Shown: positions 9,689 to 18,823, counted from the stretch's first letter. The stretch: 64,000 nt of DNA from Candidatus Omnitrophota bacterium (GCA_035352955.1 DAOPYQ010000001.1:101536-165535), one strand, 5' to 3'. A program made the numbers and translations. The notes: generated from the sequence alone by a model not told the origin.

Positions 9689-10870
9689 ATGGATCTTTCG
9701 CGCAGAGTGCTTGCGGTCAAACCCTCCGTCACGCTTGAGATCGCCGCAAAGGCGAAGGCCATGAAAGCGCAGGGGATCGACGTGATCTCCCTGAGTGCCG
9801 GCGAGCCGGATTTCGATACGCCCTCTTTTATCAAAGAGACCACGATCGAATCCCTCAAGAAAGGGAACACCAAGTACACGCCCGTCCCAGGGACCGTGGA
9901 ACTCCGCCAGGCCGTTTGCCGTAAGCTCAAACGCGATCAAGGTTTGGATTTTGCGATCGATCAGATCGTGGTCGGCTGCGGCGCGAAGCACGTGATCTTC
10001 AATGTTCTTTTCGCGATGCTTAACCCCGGGGATGAAGTGCTCATTCCTTCGCCTTATTGGCTGAGCTATCCCGAGATGGTGACCGTGATCGGTGGGACGA
10101 ATGTTTTCCTTCCGACCTCCGTCAAAACAAGTTTCAAGATCACGCCGGATATTCTCGAAAAATCCCTTACGCCGCGCTCCAAACTTTTGATCCTGAATTC
10201 TCCGTCGAATCCGACCGGTGCGGTTTACACCCGGGAAGAACTGTTGGCGCTCTGCGCGGCGCTCAAAAAACACCCGGATGTTTGGATCCTGAGCGATGAG
10301 ATTTACGAAAAGCTCGTTTTTGACGGCGCCCAACATATTTCGATTGCGTCGTTGGACTCCGAGATCGCGAAACGCACGATCATCGTCAACGGCCACAGTA
10401 AGGCTTATGCCATGACCGGATGGCGGCTCGGATACGCCGCGATCCCCGAAAAGGTCCTCGCCAAAGCCGTGGAAAGCATCCAAAGCCATTCGACGTCGAA
10501 TCCCGTCTCTTTTACGCAGCCCGGTGGCGTGGTCGCCCTCGATCAGGGGGATGAGGAAGCCGCGAAGATGCGCGAGGTTTTCCAGAAACGCCGCGATCTT
10601 TTTATTTCCCTTCTCAAGACCGTTCCTTCCTTCAAACCTTTTAAGCCGGCCGGTGCGTTCTATCTTTTTATCGATATCCAGGATACCGGATTGAGCGCCT
10701 TTGAGGTTGCAAGAAAGCTTCTCGAAGAAGCTCACATTGCCGTTATCCCGTGTGAACCCTTCGGCAGCGCGGCTCATATCCGTACAAGTTTCGCTACCTC
10801 CGAAAAGGATATCGAAAGAGCCGTTGAGCGCATCAGCGCCTGGACCAAAAAACTGGCCGTTTCTGCTTAA
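9689..10870 (+). CDS. Class I/II pyridoxal-phosphate aminotransferase (aspartate aminotransferase-like)
   Basis: The 393-aa product has a PLP-lysine region (IIVNGHSKAYAMTGWRLGYAA) and N-terminal LSAGEPDFDTP, typical of AspC-family enzymes. The ribosome-binding site AAGGAG lies upstream. Confidence 0.85.
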   Translation: MDLSRRVLAVKPSVTLEIAAKAKAMKAQGIDVISLSAGEPDFDTPSFIKETTIESLKKGNTKYTPVPGTVELRQAVCRKLKRDQGLDFAIDQIVVGCGAKHVIFNVLFAMLNPGDEVLIPSPYWLSYPEMVTVIGGTNVFLPTSVKTSFKITPDILEKSLTPRSKLLILNSPSNPTGAVYTREELLALCAALKKHPDVWILSDEIYEKLVFDGAQHISIASLDSEIAKRTIIVNGHSKAYAMTGWRLGYAAIPEKVLAKAVESIQSHSTSNPVSFTQPGGVVALDQGDEEAAKMREVFQKRRDLFISLLKTVPSFKPFKPAGAFYLFIDIQDTGLSAFEVARKLLEEAHIAVIPCEPFGSAAHIRTSFATSEKDIERAVERISAWTKKLAVSA

Positions 10871-10912
10871 CTTTTTTCATATCAGTCGATACCCAGTATT
10901 CCAAGGAGTCCT

Positions 10913-11455
10913 ATGAAAAAGAATTCGAAATCCAAAGATTCTTCTCCGACATCCGCCGGACCGGATTTTTTAGGCTTCATGGCCAAGGTCCAGGAGCAGC
11001 TTTTGGCGTTAGGGCGGAAAATGGACAGTTTGATCACGCGGCTTTCCGTCGGCGAGGACCTTTCCAAGCCGGTCCAGCGTCCCGAACAGCCCCAGCAATC
11101 TTCCCGGCCTCAGGAAACACCGCAGCTGGGCCAGGGCAATCATCATCCCCAAGGGCACCGCGAAAGGATCCTTCATAAAGCGGTTTGCGCGGATTGCAAA
11201 AAGGATTGCGAAGTTCCTTTTAAACCAAGCGGCGACCGTCCGGTCTATTGCAAAGAATGCTTTGCGCAGCGTAAGGCCGCCTATCATCCCAAGGGCAATC
11301 CCGTCCCCCAGAAAGCCCCCGAGCCGCAGCGTCATGTGACTGTTACCAAAAAAGGTGTCGGGAAGGTGACGGTTTCCGAAGTGATCGCTCCCGCGCAACG
11401 GAATCCTACGCCGAAAAAAAAGCCCTCCCGGCCGCCCAAAAGATCCAAGAAATAA
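10913..11455 (+). CDS. Hypothetical small basic protein with a C4 zinc ribbon (CADCKKDC...CKECF) and a Pro/Lys-rich tail
   Basis: The 180-aa ORF has a good ribosome-binding site (AAGGAG). Its sequence is low complexity, Q/P-rich, with two CxxC pairs 21 aa apart, and I recognise no family. Confidence 0.5.
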   Translation: MKKNSKSKDSSPTSAGPDFLGFMAKVQEQLLALGRKMDSLITRLSVGEDLSKPVQRPEQPQQSSRPQETPQLGQGNHHPQGHRERILHKAVCADCKKDCEVPFKPSGDRPVYCKECFAQRKAAYHPKGNPVPQKAPEPQRHVTVTKKGVGKVTVSEVIAPAQRNPTPKKKPSRPPKRSKK

Positions 11456-11522
11456 GATACGCGGCACTTCCCAAGGCTTCCTCGGAGGTTTGCGCGTAAA
11501 GCATGCCCGCATGGTTTTTCTC

Positions 11523-11531
11523 TGCTAAAAT
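11523..11531 (+). promoter_or_regulatory. Extended -10-like element TGCTAAAAT exactly 9 nt upstream of the mfd-like ATG (possible leaderless transcript)
   Basis: This is a TGnTAnAAT match. There is no Shine-Dalgarno between it and the ATG at 11541. The same spacing is seen at the surA-like and polyprenyl synthase genes. Confidence 0.3.
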
Positions 11532-11540
11532 AGCTTCCCC

Positions 11541-13472
11541 ATGGAAATCAAAAGGCTCAGGGTTAATGCTACGATCGGCCCCTCGGGGCTTGAAGAGCTT
11601 CTGAACGGCCTTCATTATCAGAAAAGGGAGTTTGTTGCCCTTCCGGGGGAGTTTGCGGTCCGCGGCGGCGTGATCGATATCTATCCCGTGACCTACCGGC
11701 TTCCCATTCGTGTCCAGTTCCGCGGTGACTTGCCCGTCCAGATCCGTGATTTCTCGCTCGCGACCGGCGAAAGCACGGCTACGTTCGAGGAGGTCTTCCT
11801 CATTCAGGTCTCCGACATGTTCCGCAAAAAGCTCCGGCGCATGGAAGAAAGGCTCGAGACGTTCGAGCCCGTGGAAGGTCCCAGAGATCTCGAACGCGGG
11901 GATCTGGTCGTGCATTTCCAGTACGGGATCGGACGCTTTCTTGGAACGAAGGCGATCCAGATGCAAGGCAAAAAGACCCGGTGCCTCGCCCTGGAGTATG
12001 CGAACAAAGAGATCCTTTATCTTTCTCTCGAAGAACCGCTTGAGCGCTATGTCGGCGGTTCCGGGGTTTTGCCAAAACTTACAAAACTCAATACGAAAGA
12101 GTGGGAGAGGATCAAACAACGGACGCGTATCGCGCTCCACAATGTCGCCAAGGACCTGATCGAGCTTCAGGCGAAGCGGAGCCTTTTGAAAGGACTTGCC
12201 TTTCCCGTGGACACGCCGTGGCAAAAGCAGTTCGAAGATGAGTTTCCGTTCGACGAGACGCCCGGGCAGAAACGGGCGATCGAAGAGGCCAAACGCGATA
12301 TGGAATCCTCCGGGCCGATGGATCGCTTGCTGTGCGGGGACGTTGGTTACGGAAAGACCGAAGTCGCGATGCGGGCCGCTTTCAAAGCCGTTACCGGCGG
12401 AAAACAGGTCGCGTTCCTTGTCCCGACCACCATTCTTGCCGAACAGCATTACATTCTTTTCAAGGAGCGTGCGAAGAATTTTCCTGTGACGGTGGAACTT
12501 CTGTCCCGATTCCAGACGCCGAAGGAACAGCGGGCGATCGTAAAATCTCTTGAGACGGGGGCGACTGACGCTGTGATCGGCACCCACCGGCTTTTGTCCA
12601 AAGATGTGCGGTTCAAGGACCTGGGGCTCGTGATCATTGACGAGGAACAGCGTTTCGGCGTGAGGCATAAGGAAAAACTCAAACACCTTCGCACGCAGGT
12701 CGATGTCCTGACGCTTACCGCGACCCCGATCCCGCGAACGCTTCATATGGCGCTTCTGGGGGTTCGCGATATGTCCGTGATCGATACGCCTCCTGAGAAC
12801 CGCTTGCCGGTCGAGACCTTTGTGATGGAATATCATGAAAATATCGTGAAGCAGGCGGTGGAGCGGGAGCTCGCGCGCGGCGGGCAGGTTTATTTTGTCC
12901 ACAACCGGGTTCAGTCGATCGAGCGGGTCCACGAAAGGATGCGAAAACTTCTCCCGGGCGTGCGGTTCGGCGTGATGCACGGACAGATGAACGTTGAGAT
13001 GCTCGAAGGGGTGCTGAAGGAATTTCTCAAGGGAGAGATCGATTGTCTTATTTCGACCAATATTATCGAGTCCGGGATCGATATCCCGAACGTAAACACC
13101 CTCATTGTGGACCGGGCCGATTGTTTTGGTCTCGCGGATCTTTATCAGCTTCGCGGGCGCGTGGGGCGTTTTAAGCAGAAGCGTCAAGCTTACGCCTATT
13201 TCTTGATCCCGAAGGACTGGGTGATGACGCAGGATGCGCAGAAGCGGCTTGCCGCTATTGAGAAATTCACCCAGCTCGGGTCCGGGTTCCGGATCGCGAT
13301 GGAAGATCTTGAGATCCGCGGCGCGGGAAATCTTCTCGGGCATGAGCAAAGCGGTTTTATCCATGCCGTCGGGTTCGATCTTTACTGTAAAATGCTTAAA
13401 AAGGCAGTGGAGGAACAGCGCCAAGATGCCGGCCCTCGGTCTTCGGTCCTCGATCCCGCGACGGGGGCCTAG
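11541..13472 (+). CDS. mfd: Transcription-repair coupling factor Mfd, compact form that appears to lack domains D1a and D7
   Basis: The 643-aa product has, in order, a UvrB-homology D2/D1b-like N-terminus (EFAVRGGVIDIYP), an RNAP-interacting-domain-like region (GDLVVHFQYGIGRFLG) and a superfamily-2 translocase with the motifs CGDVGYGKTEVA, DEEQRFGV and TATPIPRT, plus the TRG region (LGHEQSGFIHAVGF). The protein ends about 25 aa after the TRG region, and an in-frame stop lies 13 nt upstream of the start. Confidence 0.8.
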   Translation: MEIKRLRVNATIGPSGLEELLNGLHYQKREFVALPGEFAVRGGVIDIYPVTYRLPIRVQFRGDLPVQIRDFSLATGESTATFEEVFLIQVSDMFRKKLRRMEERLETFEPVEGPRDLERGDLVVHFQYGIGRFLGTKAIQMQGKKTRCLALEYANKEILYLSLEEPLERYVGGSGVLPKLTKLNTKEWERIKQRTRIALHNVAKDLIELQAKRSLLKGLAFPVDTPWQKQFEDEFPFDETPGQKRAIEEAKRDMESSGPMDRLLCGDVGYGKTEVAMRAAFKAVTGGKQVAFLVPTTILAEQHYILFKERAKNFPVTVELLSRFQTPKEQRAIVKSLETGATDAVIGTHRLLSKDVRFKDLGLVIIDEEQRFGVRHKEKLKHLRTQVDVLTLTATPIPRTLHMALLGVRDMSVIDTPPENRLPVETFVMEYHENIVKQAVERELARGGQVYFVHNRVQSIERVHERMRKLLPGVRFGVMHGQMNVEMLEGVLKEFLKGEIDCLISTNIIESGIDIPNVNTLIVDRADCFGLADLYQLRGRVGRFKQKRQAYAYFLIPKDWVMTQDAQKRLAAIEKFTQLGSGFRIAMEDLEIRGAGNLLGHEQSGFIHAVGFDLYCKMLKKAVEEQRQDAGPRSSVLDPATGA

Positions 13473-13491
13473 GACCGGAGACCCGGTTTCA

Positions 13492-13500
13492 TGATATAAT
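13492..13500 (+). promoter_or_regulatory. Extended -10 TGATATAAT exactly 9 nt upstream of the surA-like ATG (possible leaderless transcript)
   Basis: The hexamer TATAAT is perfect and carries a TG extension. There is no Shine-Dalgarno before the ATG at 13510. Confidence 0.35.
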
Positions 13501-13509
13501 GCTCGCCTT

Positions 13510-14478
13510 ATGAAAAAGCTTCTTCTGGCCATTTTTATTTTTGGATCATGCCTGCCGTCCTCCCACGCGGCGGACCGGGAGCTTCTCGACCGCGTGGTCG
13601 CTGTCGTCAATGACGAGGTGATCACTCAGGCCGAATTGGATAATTTTCTCCGGCCGGTCTATGAGCAGTACAACAAGGAATATAGTGGCGAAGAACTGAT
13701 GAAGATCGTCCAAGAGGCCCGGCAGAAGATCCTCAACCAGATGATCGAGGACAAGCTGGTCTATCAGGAGGCCGTGCGCGAAGAGATCGTGGTGAAAGAC
13801 GAGGATCTGGAAAAAGAGATGGACCAGTTCAAGAGCAAGATGGAAAAGCCGGAAGAACTGGACTTGATGCTTGAAAAAGAAGGGATGACCCTGAAAGACC
13901 TGCGCGAGCGGTTGCGCAAGCAGGCCATGATCCGCCAGCTCCAGGACCGGGAGATCCGTTCGAAGGTTGTGGTTTCGCCGGCCGAGGCTGAAGATTTTTA
14001 CAAAAAAAACACCGACAAATTCCAGGTGAAAGAACGGGTCCGGGTGCGTTCGCTGACCCTCAAGAAGGGTGACGAATCCCGCCAAAAAGGCATCCCGGAT
14101 GAAGCGGTCCGCAAGAAGATCGAGGAGCTTTATCAGCAGGCCGAAGCGGGCGGAAAATTCGAGGAGATCGTCAAGCGGTTCTCCGAAGACACCCATGCGT
14201 CCCAGGAGGGTACCGGTGACTGGATCGAGCAAGGCGCGATGATCGAGTCGGTCGACAAGGCGATCTTTACGACGCCCGTGGGAAAATTGACGGGGGTGGT
14301 TGAGACGCCGATCGGGTACCATGTTTTCCGGATCGAGGAAAAACAACCCGGCAAGACCGTTCCTTTTGAAGAGGCCAAGGAGCAGATCAACAACTACCTT
14401 TTCCAGCAGAAGAGCAACGCACGTTTCCGTGATTGGATGGAAGAAATCAAAAAAGCCGCCTATATTTCGATACGGTGA
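13510..14478 (+). CDS. surA: Periplasmic chaperone / parvulin-type peptidyl-prolyl isomerase, SurA-like
   Basis: The 322-aa product has a signal peptide (MKKLLLAIFIFGSCLPSSHA), a SurA_N-like region (VAVVNDEVITQAELD) and a single parvulin domain (GYHVFRIEE). Synteny with pdxA and rsmA matches the surA-pdxA-ksgA arrangement. Confidence 0.75.
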   Translation: MKKLLLAIFIFGSCLPSSHAADRELLDRVVAVVNDEVITQAELDNFLRPVYEQYNKEYSGEELMKIVQEARQKILNQMIEDKLVYQEAVREEIVVKDEDLEKEMDQFKSKMEKPEELDLMLEKEGMTLKDLRERLRKQAMIRQLQDREIRSKVVVSPAEAEDFYKKNTDKFQVKERVRVRSLTLKKGDESRQKGIPDEAVRKKIEELYQQAEAGGKFEEIVKRFSEDTHASQEGTGDWIEQGAMIESVDKAIFTTPVGKLTGVVETPIGYHVFRIEEKQPGKTVPFEEAKEQINNYLFQQKSNARFRDWMEEIKKAAYISIR

Positions 14479-14481
14479 AAC

Positions 14482-15438
14482 ATGCCTAAGCAAAAGCCAG
14501 TCCTAGCGATCACGATGGGGGATCCGGGCGGCATCGGTCCCGAGGTTATCTGTAAGGCGCTCAAGGGTCACGTTTTCAAGAAGTCCCTCAATTACGCCGT
14601 CATCGGCTCCCGGGCCGCCTTTAACGCCCTTGAAAGTCACATGAAGCTTAAACTCCCGGCCCGGAGCGTTTCTTTTCATGAGACCGGCGATGAAGATTTC
14701 GATCTTGCCGCGGAAAGCGCATCGAACGGTCGCCTGGCCATCAAGGCCATCGCGATTGCGGCGGACCTTGCTAACCGGGGATTTATCCAGGGCATCGTTA
14801 CAGGGCCGCTTAACAAAGCCTCGGCGCGTCTCGCGGAACCCGGCTTCGTCGGCCACACCGAATTTTTTGCCCGGGCGAGCGGCGCTTCAAAATTCGCCAT
14901 GATGTTCGTTGGGCCGAAACTGAAACTGACGCTTGCGACGATCCACGTGCCTCTGCGGAAAGTGAGCGAACTGCTGACGGCGGACCTTATTTTTGACAAA
15001 ATTTTCCTGACCGACGAAGCCTTGCGTCGCGATCACGGGATCAAAAAACCCCGCATCGCCGTTTGTGCCTTAAATCCGCACGGACGTGAAACCGGAGAAG
15101 AGGAAGATCGCGTGATCCTTCCGGCGATCCATCGCGCTGTCAAAGCGGGGATGAACGTTACGGGTCCGCATCCCGCGGACCAGATCTTCTATCCGGCCTA
15201 CCAGGGGGAATACGACGCGCTGATCGGGATGTACCACGACCAGGCGCTCGCGCCGTTCAAGATGGTTTCCTTTCATGACGGGGTCAATGTGACGCTCGGT
15301 CTTCCTTACGTCCGTACTTCTCCGGACCACGGCACGGCTTTCGATATTGCCTGGCAGAAGAAGGGGAAAGCGGATCCCTCGTCGATGAAGGCTGCGCTGG
15401 TTCTTGCCGAGCGGCTTGTTCTTGCCCGGTATGCTTAG
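14482..15438 (+). CDS. pdxA: 4-hydroxythreonine-4-phosphate dehydrogenase
   Basis: The 318-aa product has the PdxA N-terminal signature (AITMGDPGGIGPEV) and conserved HVPL and SPDHGTAFDIA motifs. Confidence 0.9.
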   Translation: MPKQKPVLAITMGDPGGIGPEVICKALKGHVFKKSLNYAVIGSRAAFNALESHMKLKLPARSVSFHETGDEDFDLAAESASNGRLAIKAIAIAADLANRGFIQGIVTGPLNKASARLAEPGFVGHTEFFARASGASKFAMMFVGPKLKLTLATIHVPLRKVSELLTADLIFDKIFLTDEALRRDHGIKKPRIAVCALNPHGRETGEEEDRVILPAIHRAVKAGMNVTGPHPADQIFYPAYQGEYDALIGMYHDQALAPFKMVSFHDGVNVTLGLPYVRTSPDHGTAFDIAWQKKGKADPSSMKAALVLAERLVLARYA

Positions 15439-16336
15439 TCAGATCGAACTCCTCAAAAAATACGATCTTAAGATCCGCGGTCATCTCGGCCAGCATCTTT
15501 TGATCGATCCCAATACGATCCGAAAGATCGTAGATTCCCTGGACCTTCAGCCGGGCGACCGCGTTTTCGAGATCGGCCCGGGGCTCGGTGCCGTGACCCG
15601 CGAAGTATTGGAACGGGGTTTCGCGGTACTTGCCGTCGAAACCGACAGGAAATTTGTCGAAGTCCTGACCGCCGAACTTTTACCCGAGCACGGAGATCGT
15701 TTCAAGCTGGTCCATGCGGACGTGTTGAAATGCGATCTGACGAAACTTATTACGGGGGCGGAAGCCTTTTCTGATGGGAAAAAAGGAGTTTTACCTTCCG
15801 TCAAAGTGATCGGGAACCTGCCGTATTACATCAGCACGCCGATCCTGTTCCAGCTGATCGATCATGCGGCGGTTTTTTCGAAGGCCGTGCTGATGCTTCA
15901 GAAAGAAGTCGCGCTGCGTTTGACGGCCAAGGCCGGGGACGAAGATTACAGCCGTTTGAGCGTGACGAGCCGGCTTTGCGGGGAGGCGGAGTTTCTTTTT
16001 GACGTGTCGCCCTCCTGTTTTCTTCCGAAACCCCAGGTCATGTCGCGCGTGATCTCGTTTCTGTTCCGTCCGTATCCTTTGGAAGGGCGCGTCAAGAGCC
16101 TGGGATTCCTCTTACAAGTGGTCCGGGTCGCATTTGCTCAGCGCCGCAAGACCCTTCTTTCGGTCCTCGCAAAAAATCTCACGCCGAAGGTAGCCCGCGA
16201 AAACTTGGAGCAGGCCCTCTCGAAGCTCGGTCTTTCGTTGAACGTTCGCGGTGAGGAACTTTCCCTCGAGCAATTTATCGTGCTTACCGGAATGCTGGAG
16301 CGCGGGGCGGGTCACGGAAATATCCCTCAGGCGTAA
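15431..16336 (+). CDS. rsmA: 16S rRNA (adenine1518/1519-N6) dimethyltransferase RsmA/KsgA
   Basis: The product has a GQHLLIDPN motif matching the KsgA QNFL-box region and a SAM-binding EIGPGLGAVT motif. The start at 15431 (MLSQIEL...) overlaps the pdxA stop by 8 nt; an alternative upstream Met lies at 15404. Confidence 0.85.
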   Translation: MLSQIELLKKYDLKIRGHLGQHLLIDPNTIRKIVDSLDLQPGDRVFEIGPGLGAVTREVLERGFAVLAVETDRKFVEVLTAELLPEHGDRFKLVHADVLKCDLTKLITGAEAFSDGKKGVLPSVKVIGNLPYYISTPILFQLIDHAAVFSKAVLMLQKEVALRLTAKAGDEDYSRLSVTSRLCGEAEFLFDVSPSCFLPKPQVMSRVISFLFRPYPLEGRVKSLGFLLQVVRVAFAQRRKTLLSVLAKNLTPKVARENLEQALSKLGLSLNVRGEELSLEQFIVLTGMLERGAGHGNIPQA

Positions 16337-16345
16337 AGACAGTTT

Positions 16346-16354
16346 TGTTATAAT
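16346..16354 (+). promoter_or_regulatory. Extended -10 TGTTATAAT exactly 9 nt upstream of the polyprenyl synthase ATG (possible leaderless transcript)
   Basis: The hexamer TATAAT is perfect and carries a TG extension. No Shine-Dalgarno is present, and the ATG is at 16364. Confidence 0.35.
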
Positions 16355-16363
16355 AAAGCCCTT

Positions 16364-17371
16364 ATGAAAACAACCCTGACCCTGGACGAGATCTACGCGC
16401 CGATAAACGAACCGCTTAAACGGGTTCCGACGCTGATCCTGGAGACGCTGAATACGCCGATCCCGAAGATGCGCGGGATGGTCGATCATTTTTTCTCGAA
16501 AAGCGGGAAGCTTTTGCGTCCCGCCCTGATCTTTTTAGGCGCCGGCCTTTCGAGGTCATCGCAGCCGGGCATGGGGATCCCCTCCGAGCGTAACGAGACC
16601 GCCGAACTTTATCTTGCCGTAGCGGTCGAGATCTTCCACGCCGCGACATTGATCCATGATGACATTATCGACTCCGCGCCGCTCCGGCGCGGCGTGGCGG
16701 CCCTTCATATCAAGGCAGGCCCGCAGGCGGCCGTGCTCGCGGGCGATTTTTTTCATGATCGCGCAGTGGCGGTGGTCTTCCGTCACGGGAATGACAGGAT
16801 CTTCCCGCTTTTTCTCAAAACCGCCGGGGAGATTTGCGAAGGCGAGGTCCAGGAGATCAGTGAGAAAAAGAATATTAACATGACCGAGGAAGCGCATCTG
16901 GAGATCGTCCGCAAGAAAACGGCGTCCCTTCTCGCGTGCGCGCTTCAGACGGGCGCCCTGATCTGGGGGCTCGGGCCGGAGCGATGCGAAGCGCTTAGCC
17001 GTTTCGGGACTTTTTTCGGCATGGCGTTCCAGATCATTGACGATTACCTGGATTTTGCCGGCCAGGAAAGCGAGTTTGGCAAGACGCTCGGCTCCGACCT
17101 GGAAGAGGGGGTTTACACGCTTCCTGTGATCCATTGCCTGGCTTCCGAGGAACGGGACAAAGTGGTCCGTATCCTTTATTCCCGCAGTTATCACAGGCGT
17201 TTTTCCATGCTCCGGGAAGTCCTTGAAAAAAGCGGAGCGCTTGCCTACGCCTTTGCAAAAGCCAGGGCATTGATCGCGATGGCCAAACGCGAGCTCGAGG
17301 TTTTTCCGCCGTCCTGTTTCCGGACAAGCCTTGAGCAGCTTGCCGATTATGTGGTTGAACGGAACCGGTGA
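16364..17371 (+). CDS. Long-chain trans-polyprenyl diphosphate synthase (IspB/HepT-like)
   Basis: The 335-aa product has a first DDxxD motif (LIHDDIIDSAPLRRG) and a second DDYLD motif (FQIIDDYLDF), as in the polyprenyl synthetase family. Confidence 0.85.
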   Translation: MKTTLTLDEIYAPINEPLKRVPTLILETLNTPIPKMRGMVDHFFSKSGKLLRPALIFLGAGLSRSSQPGMGIPSERNETAELYLAVAVEIFHAATLIHDDIIDSAPLRRGVAALHIKAGPQAAVLAGDFFHDRAVAVVFRHGNDRIFPLFLKTAGEICEGEVQEISEKKNINMTEEAHLEIVRKKTASLLACALQTGALIWGLGPERCEALSRFGTFFGMAFQIIDDYLDFAGQESEFGKTLGSDLEEGVYTLPVIHCLASEERDKVVRILYSRSYHRRFSMLREVLEKSGALAYAFAKARALIAMAKRELEVFPPSCFRTSLEQLADYVVERNR

Positions 17372-17377
17372 TCTGAT

Positions 17378-18100
17378 ATGTTGAGCATTGTCCCCACGCC
17401 GATCGGAAATCTCGCGGACATCACGTTGCGGGCGCTCGAGGTCCTGAAACAGGCCGACCTGATCCTTTGCGAAGATACGCGTCGCACCCTGACGCTTCTC
17501 CGGCACTATGAGATCGGCAAACCGCTCCTTAGTTATCATGAGCACAGCTCCGACAGGCGGGCTGAAGAGATCCTGAAGCTCTTGAAGGAGGACAAGCGCG
17601 TCGCGCTCGTCTCAGACGGAGGGATGCCGGTTATTTCAGACCCCGGATTCGAGATCGTCCATGCGGCGCTTAAGGAAAAACTGCCGTTCGAAGTTCTTCC
17701 CGGACCGTCGGCCGTCACCACGGCGCTGGTGATGAGCGGGCTTCCCGTGGACAGTTTCGGGTTTTACGGTTTTCTTTCCAACAAGGGCGCGAAGCGGAAG
17801 AACGAATTGAAGGCGCTCGAAGACCATGAAGAAACGCTGATCTTTTTTGAGTCGCCCTTCCGTGTTCTGAAGGCTCTTCAAGACATGCTCGAAGTGCTCG
17901 GGGATCGCGAGGCCGCCGTTGCCCGGGAAATTTCAAAAAAATTCGAGGAGGTCCTGCGCGGCAACTTGTCGGAACTTATCGCGGAGATGACCCGGAAAGA
18001 ACGGCCGGGGGAGATGGTCGTTCTGGTTGCGGGGAAGGGAAGAAAGCGTATTTTTGAAAAAGGAGATAGCGCGACGCTCAACGCGCAAACCACGACGTAG
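17378..18100 (+). CDS. rsmI: 16S rRNA (cytidine1402-2'-O)-methyltransferase RsmI
   Basis: The 240-aa product belongs to the tetrapyrrole-methylase superfamily and has an N-terminus (LSIVPTPIGNLADITLRALEVLKQADLILCEDTRRT) typical of RsmI. Confidence 0.85.
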   Translation: MLSIVPTPIGNLADITLRALEVLKQADLILCEDTRRTLTLLRHYEIGKPLLSYHEHSSDRRAEEILKLLKEDKRVALVSDGGMPVISDPGFEIVHAALKEKLPFEVLPGPSAVTTALVMSGLPVDSFGFYGFLSNKGAKRKNELKALEDHEETLIFFESPFRVLKALQDMLEVLGDREAAVAREISKKFEEVLRGNLSELIAEMTRKERPGEMVVLVAGKGRKRIFEKGDSATLNAQTTT

Positions 18101-18192
18101 GTTAAGAGTTTTTACGTTGTGCGTTGATCGCTGACCGCCCAATTTTCGCTTTGCGGAAATTGACAGGCATTGAGACCGTTGCGCGAAAAAAA

Positions 18193-18789
18193 ATGAAACG
18201 TATCGCATTTTTAGTGTCGGGTTCCGGAACCAATATGGCCAACCTGGTCGAAAAGATCAAGGCCGGGAAGGTCCATGCCGAGGCGGCGCTTGTGATCTCG
18301 AACAAGCCTGACGTGAAGGCCCTTGAGCGCGCGAAAGAACTGGGCGTGCCGGCCGTCGTCATTTCCCACAGGGATTACGCCACGCGGGCGCTTTTCGACG
18401 AAGCGGTCGCTTCGTGTATTGATTCCCACAAGATCGATTATGTTGTCCTGGCCGGATTCATGAGGGTCCTGACCGAAGGGTTCGTCCGGAAATACTGGGG
18501 ACGTCTTATCAATATCCACCCGGCGCTTTTGCCGGCCTTTCCGGGCGCCCATGGGATTCGGGACGCATGGAATGCGAAGGTTAAAGAGACCGGTGTGACC
18601 GTTCATTTTGTCGATCCCGGTGTCGATACCGGGCCGGTCATTCTCCAGAGAAAAGTTCCGGTATTGCCCGGGGACACGCTCGAGACGCTCGAGGCCAGGG
18701 TCCACGGCGCCGAGTACGAGATCTACCCCGAAGCGCTTGAGCTGGTGGTTTCCGGGAAGGTCAAGGCACCTTCTACGGCGCATCCGTGA
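18193..18789 (+). CDS. purN: Phosphoribosylglycinamide formyltransferase
   Basis: The product begins MKRIAFLVSGSGTNMANL..., with NIHPALLPAFPG and conserved HFVD motifs. The track ORF starts at 18124, but the PurN alignment begins at the Met at 18193. Confidence 0.85.
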   Translation: MKRIAFLVSGSGTNMANLVEKIKAGKVHAEAALVISNKPDVKALERAKELGVPAVVISHRDYATRALFDEAVASCIDSHKIDYVVLAGFMRVLTEGFVRKYWGRLINIHPALLPAFPGAHGIRDAWNAKVKETGVTVHFVDPGVDTGPVILQRKVPVLPGDTLETLEARVHGAEYEIYPEALELVVSGKVKAPSTAHP

Positions 18790-18795
18790 GGAAAC

Positions 18796-18823
18796 TGGAC
18801 ACCTTGGGCGTATTTGCTATAAT
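18796..18823 (+). promoter_or_regulatory. Putative sigma70-type promoter upstream of eno (-35 TGGACA, 16-bp spacer, -10 TATAAT)
   Basis: The -35 element spans 18796-18801 and the -10 element 18818-18823, in the 146-bp intergenic gap between purN and eno. Confidence 0.35.

Noticed and set aside
6584-13625. Long minus-strand ORFs overlapping housekeeping genes (6584..7438, 9134..10777 at 547 aa, 11406..13625 at 739 aa, 13546..14493)
   Set aside because: They lie fully antisense to well-conserved ribosomal, aminotransferase, mfd and surA genes. Their translations are low-complexity R/P/G-rich sequence, typical of antisense reads through GC-rich coding DNA.
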